From assembly GCA_010093815.1 (NCBI GenBank), contig ML996571.1: a stretch of 64,000 nucleotides of DNA; one strand, given 5' to 3'. The stretch is from Pseudovirgaria hyperparasitica (taxonomy: Eukaryota). The notes under the pieces are model-generated. The model searched no databases and was not told the origin of the DNA. It was given only the letters and a program-made list of their open reading frames with translations. Shown here piece after piece: positions 61,956 through 64,000 of the stretch; the stretch's first letter is position 1, and the number at the start of each line of letters is the position of its first letter. Position numbers and translations under genes: made by a program.

Positions 61956-62894
61956 TCATGAATTACAATCCTGTCGCACCTCTCTAACTTCCTGCAGCGC
62001 CTTGATCAAACCCAGGTAATGCGCGATGCCCGCGAAGATGACCATGAAATGGAAGATCTGATGGCTCGCGCCCACAAAGTCGAATGTATAGGGGTACAAC
62101 CGCTCCGGCACCCTGGCAGCATAAGCCGCAGCTCCGAAGATATTGAAAGAGGCCATGGCCAACATCCACTTTAACGCCATGCGGCGCTCCTGGATCTCAA
62201 TCCCATGCAGCATGATTCCATGAGTGACAAAGAACATGGCAGCAAGGCCTAACCCTGTGTACATGCCAGCGCGATAGCTTCGGAAATGCGGCGTGCAGAA
62301 GCGTGGGTGCATCGTGGTGATAATACAGCCAGCAGCGAGCGCTGTCGTCAGCGCCCAGTGGAAGTATCGCAGAGTGGGATCGCAGATGAAACCATAGTAG
62401 ATGGATGGTAGGCTCGCCGTCCACATCAGCAGCACGATCCCCAAGTAGTCCAGTTGATTGCCAAATGATGCGATCGAGGGACTATGGTTCCAGACTATAT
62501 GGCAGCTGGCAGAGCAAGCGAAACATATCGAGACTCCGTGGAAGTAGCCAGTGAACAGCACAAAGTCGATCAGGGACGCATGAGGCGTCTCGAGGTAGAC
62601 GCTGTAGTAGAAGTGGAATGGCAATGCGGCGAATAACACACTGCCAGCGATGTGCGAGATTATGTTAATTGTTTCATTGTGCCAGCGGAAAGAACTTTGG
62701 AAACAATCCAACGTCGAGTCTGCAGTCGGTCTGTAGCCTGAGAGGAGATACTCGTTTTCCTGTTGCCAGCTTGGGATTTCGTGGAAGTGTAAAAGTCGTT
62801 GTTTCGTTTTGAGGGTCGAAAGAGTATCAGGATCGCTCGGCACGCTTTGATATGTGATCTGGGTCTCGGTTTTCATGCTTACTCTCCTTGACAT
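61956..62894 (-). CDS. PAQR/hemolysin-III family receptor (IZH-like)
   Basis: Motifs EIPSWQQENEYLLSGYRP, HNETINIISH, SASCH, LDYLGI, PER.YP and SHQIFH, with 7 TM helices. Confidence 0.93.
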   Translation of the reverse strand: MSRRVSMKTETQITYQSVPSDPDTLSTLKTKQRLLHFHEIPSWQQENEYLLSGYRPTADSTLDCFQSSFRWHNETINIISHIAGSVLFAALPFHFYYSVYLETPHASLIDFVLFTGYFHGVSICFACSASCHIVWNHSPSIASFGNQLDYLGIVLLMWTASLPSIYYGFICDPTLRYFHWALTTALAAGCIITTMHPRFCTPHFRSYRAGMYTGLGLAAMFFVTHGIMLHGIEIQERRMALKWMLAMASFNIFGAAAYAARVPERLYPYTFDFVGASHQIFHFMVIFAGIAHYLGLIKALQEVREVRQDCNS

Positions 62895-63616
62895 GCTTCA
62901 GCGGAGGTCTCCCAGCAGGCATTATCAAAGGCCTGTCGGGCGGTTGTTATACGCAGATTTTAGACGCCGAAAGTTGTCAACAAGGCTGCAACGGGAAGTG
63001 GGGGACAAAGACCCGCAGCAGCGCTTGTTTAAGCCGTATGATTGGCTAAATCCATTGATGTATTAGCGTAGCCACTCTTTTGACGACATCCGGTCTATCT
63101 ACATCCTCCTCTGCATTCCATCAGCATATTCTTTCATCAACTTGGAGAGCTTGATGTGTCCGACTCATGAAATCTATAAATACTCGGACCAAATGCTAGC
63201 ATCCGCGTTATCTCGGTGCGATTGTGCCGTGTGCGCGGTTACGTCTCTTCTCATTATCAAATGATAGAACAGCAATGTTGCCTCGCCAGCATATGCTCGA
63301 TGTGTTGATGCAGAGAGCAACTCAAGTCCAAAGCGCTTCGAGCGCTCTCTAAGCGCAAGAAATTCACTGGCCAATACTCACTTGGTTACAGACCTGTACT
63401 GTACTATCCGTACGCGCTTGACGCCTCCAGTGAGACCTGAAACATCCCCTTCCAGCCGTGCCGTTCTAAAAGCCTTCATGGCTGATCGATCATGCAAGTA
63501 GTCTCAAGTACTGTATCCATGGGCGCTTCGACATCCATGTTAAGACCAGGATGTCTGACATTCCCCATCGCACACCCCATGCTTGCTCTATCTATTCCCT
63601 ACCGTGACTCTCACTC

Positions 63617-64000
63617 ATGGACTTCAGCGATATAGCGAATGTCACCGTCGGCAACCATACACTCGTTGGATGGGTTGACGGTCCGGACCGGCGTGGGACG
63701 CTGTCAATCTTGATATCATGTCTCACGACACTATTGCTATGCACATGGTCTGCCATGCATCTCAATGTCCCCAAAAGGCATGTGAATGAAGTCTCATACA
63801 TCAAGACCCAAGTGTTCTGGAGTCTGGTGGGGATATTCGGGCCGGAACTTGCAATCTGGTGTGCGTGGAGGCAGTACATGTCGGCAAAGGCATTGCGGGA
63901 TCAGATCAAAGCAGCTCTGCTTAATGTATGTCAGTCACTGTTCAGGACTAAGTATACATTTAGCTAACATTCCCTCAAGTCGGGCAAGCACAGCAGTTAC
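63617..64000 (+). CDS. 5' part of an uncharacterised fungal integral membrane protein (runs off the window)
   Basis: GWVDGPDRRGTLSILISCLTTLLLCTWSAMHLNVP...FGPEL is a common fungal family start. A GTATGT intron donor is at ~63925. Confidence 0.8.

Overview
This window is eukaryotic genomic DNA from a filamentous ascomycete (Pezizomycotina, probably a Dothideomycete; the taxon is inferred). The evidence is short GT-AG introns with CTRAY branch points, plus a RIP-like mutated repeat. The left two-thirds is mostly housekeeping: GEN1/YEN1 resolvase, an AT-hook protein, a DHA2 MFS transporter, RAD6 (4 exons, absent from the ORF track), kinesin-1, an SDR, the Obg GTPase MTG2 and the DEAD-box helicase MSS116. 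Interspersed are HET/ankyrin and F-box/ankyrin genes, a repeat-bearing mucin-like membrane protein and a ~505-bp TIR element with an AT-rich, RIP-like interior. The right third is accessory. It starts with a metallo-beta-lactamase-fold gene broken by one in-frame TGA. A compact candidate fatty-acid-modifying gene cluster with no PKS/NRPS core follows (MFS, P450 with an atypical I-helix, PTH11-like membrane protein, stand-alone adenylation enzyme, hotdog thioesterase, FAD2-like desaturase). Three paralogs of an uncharacterised F-box-like family bracket the cluster. DUF924, PAQR and a partial membrane-protein gene close the window. Exon boundaries were read by eye and no database searches were run.
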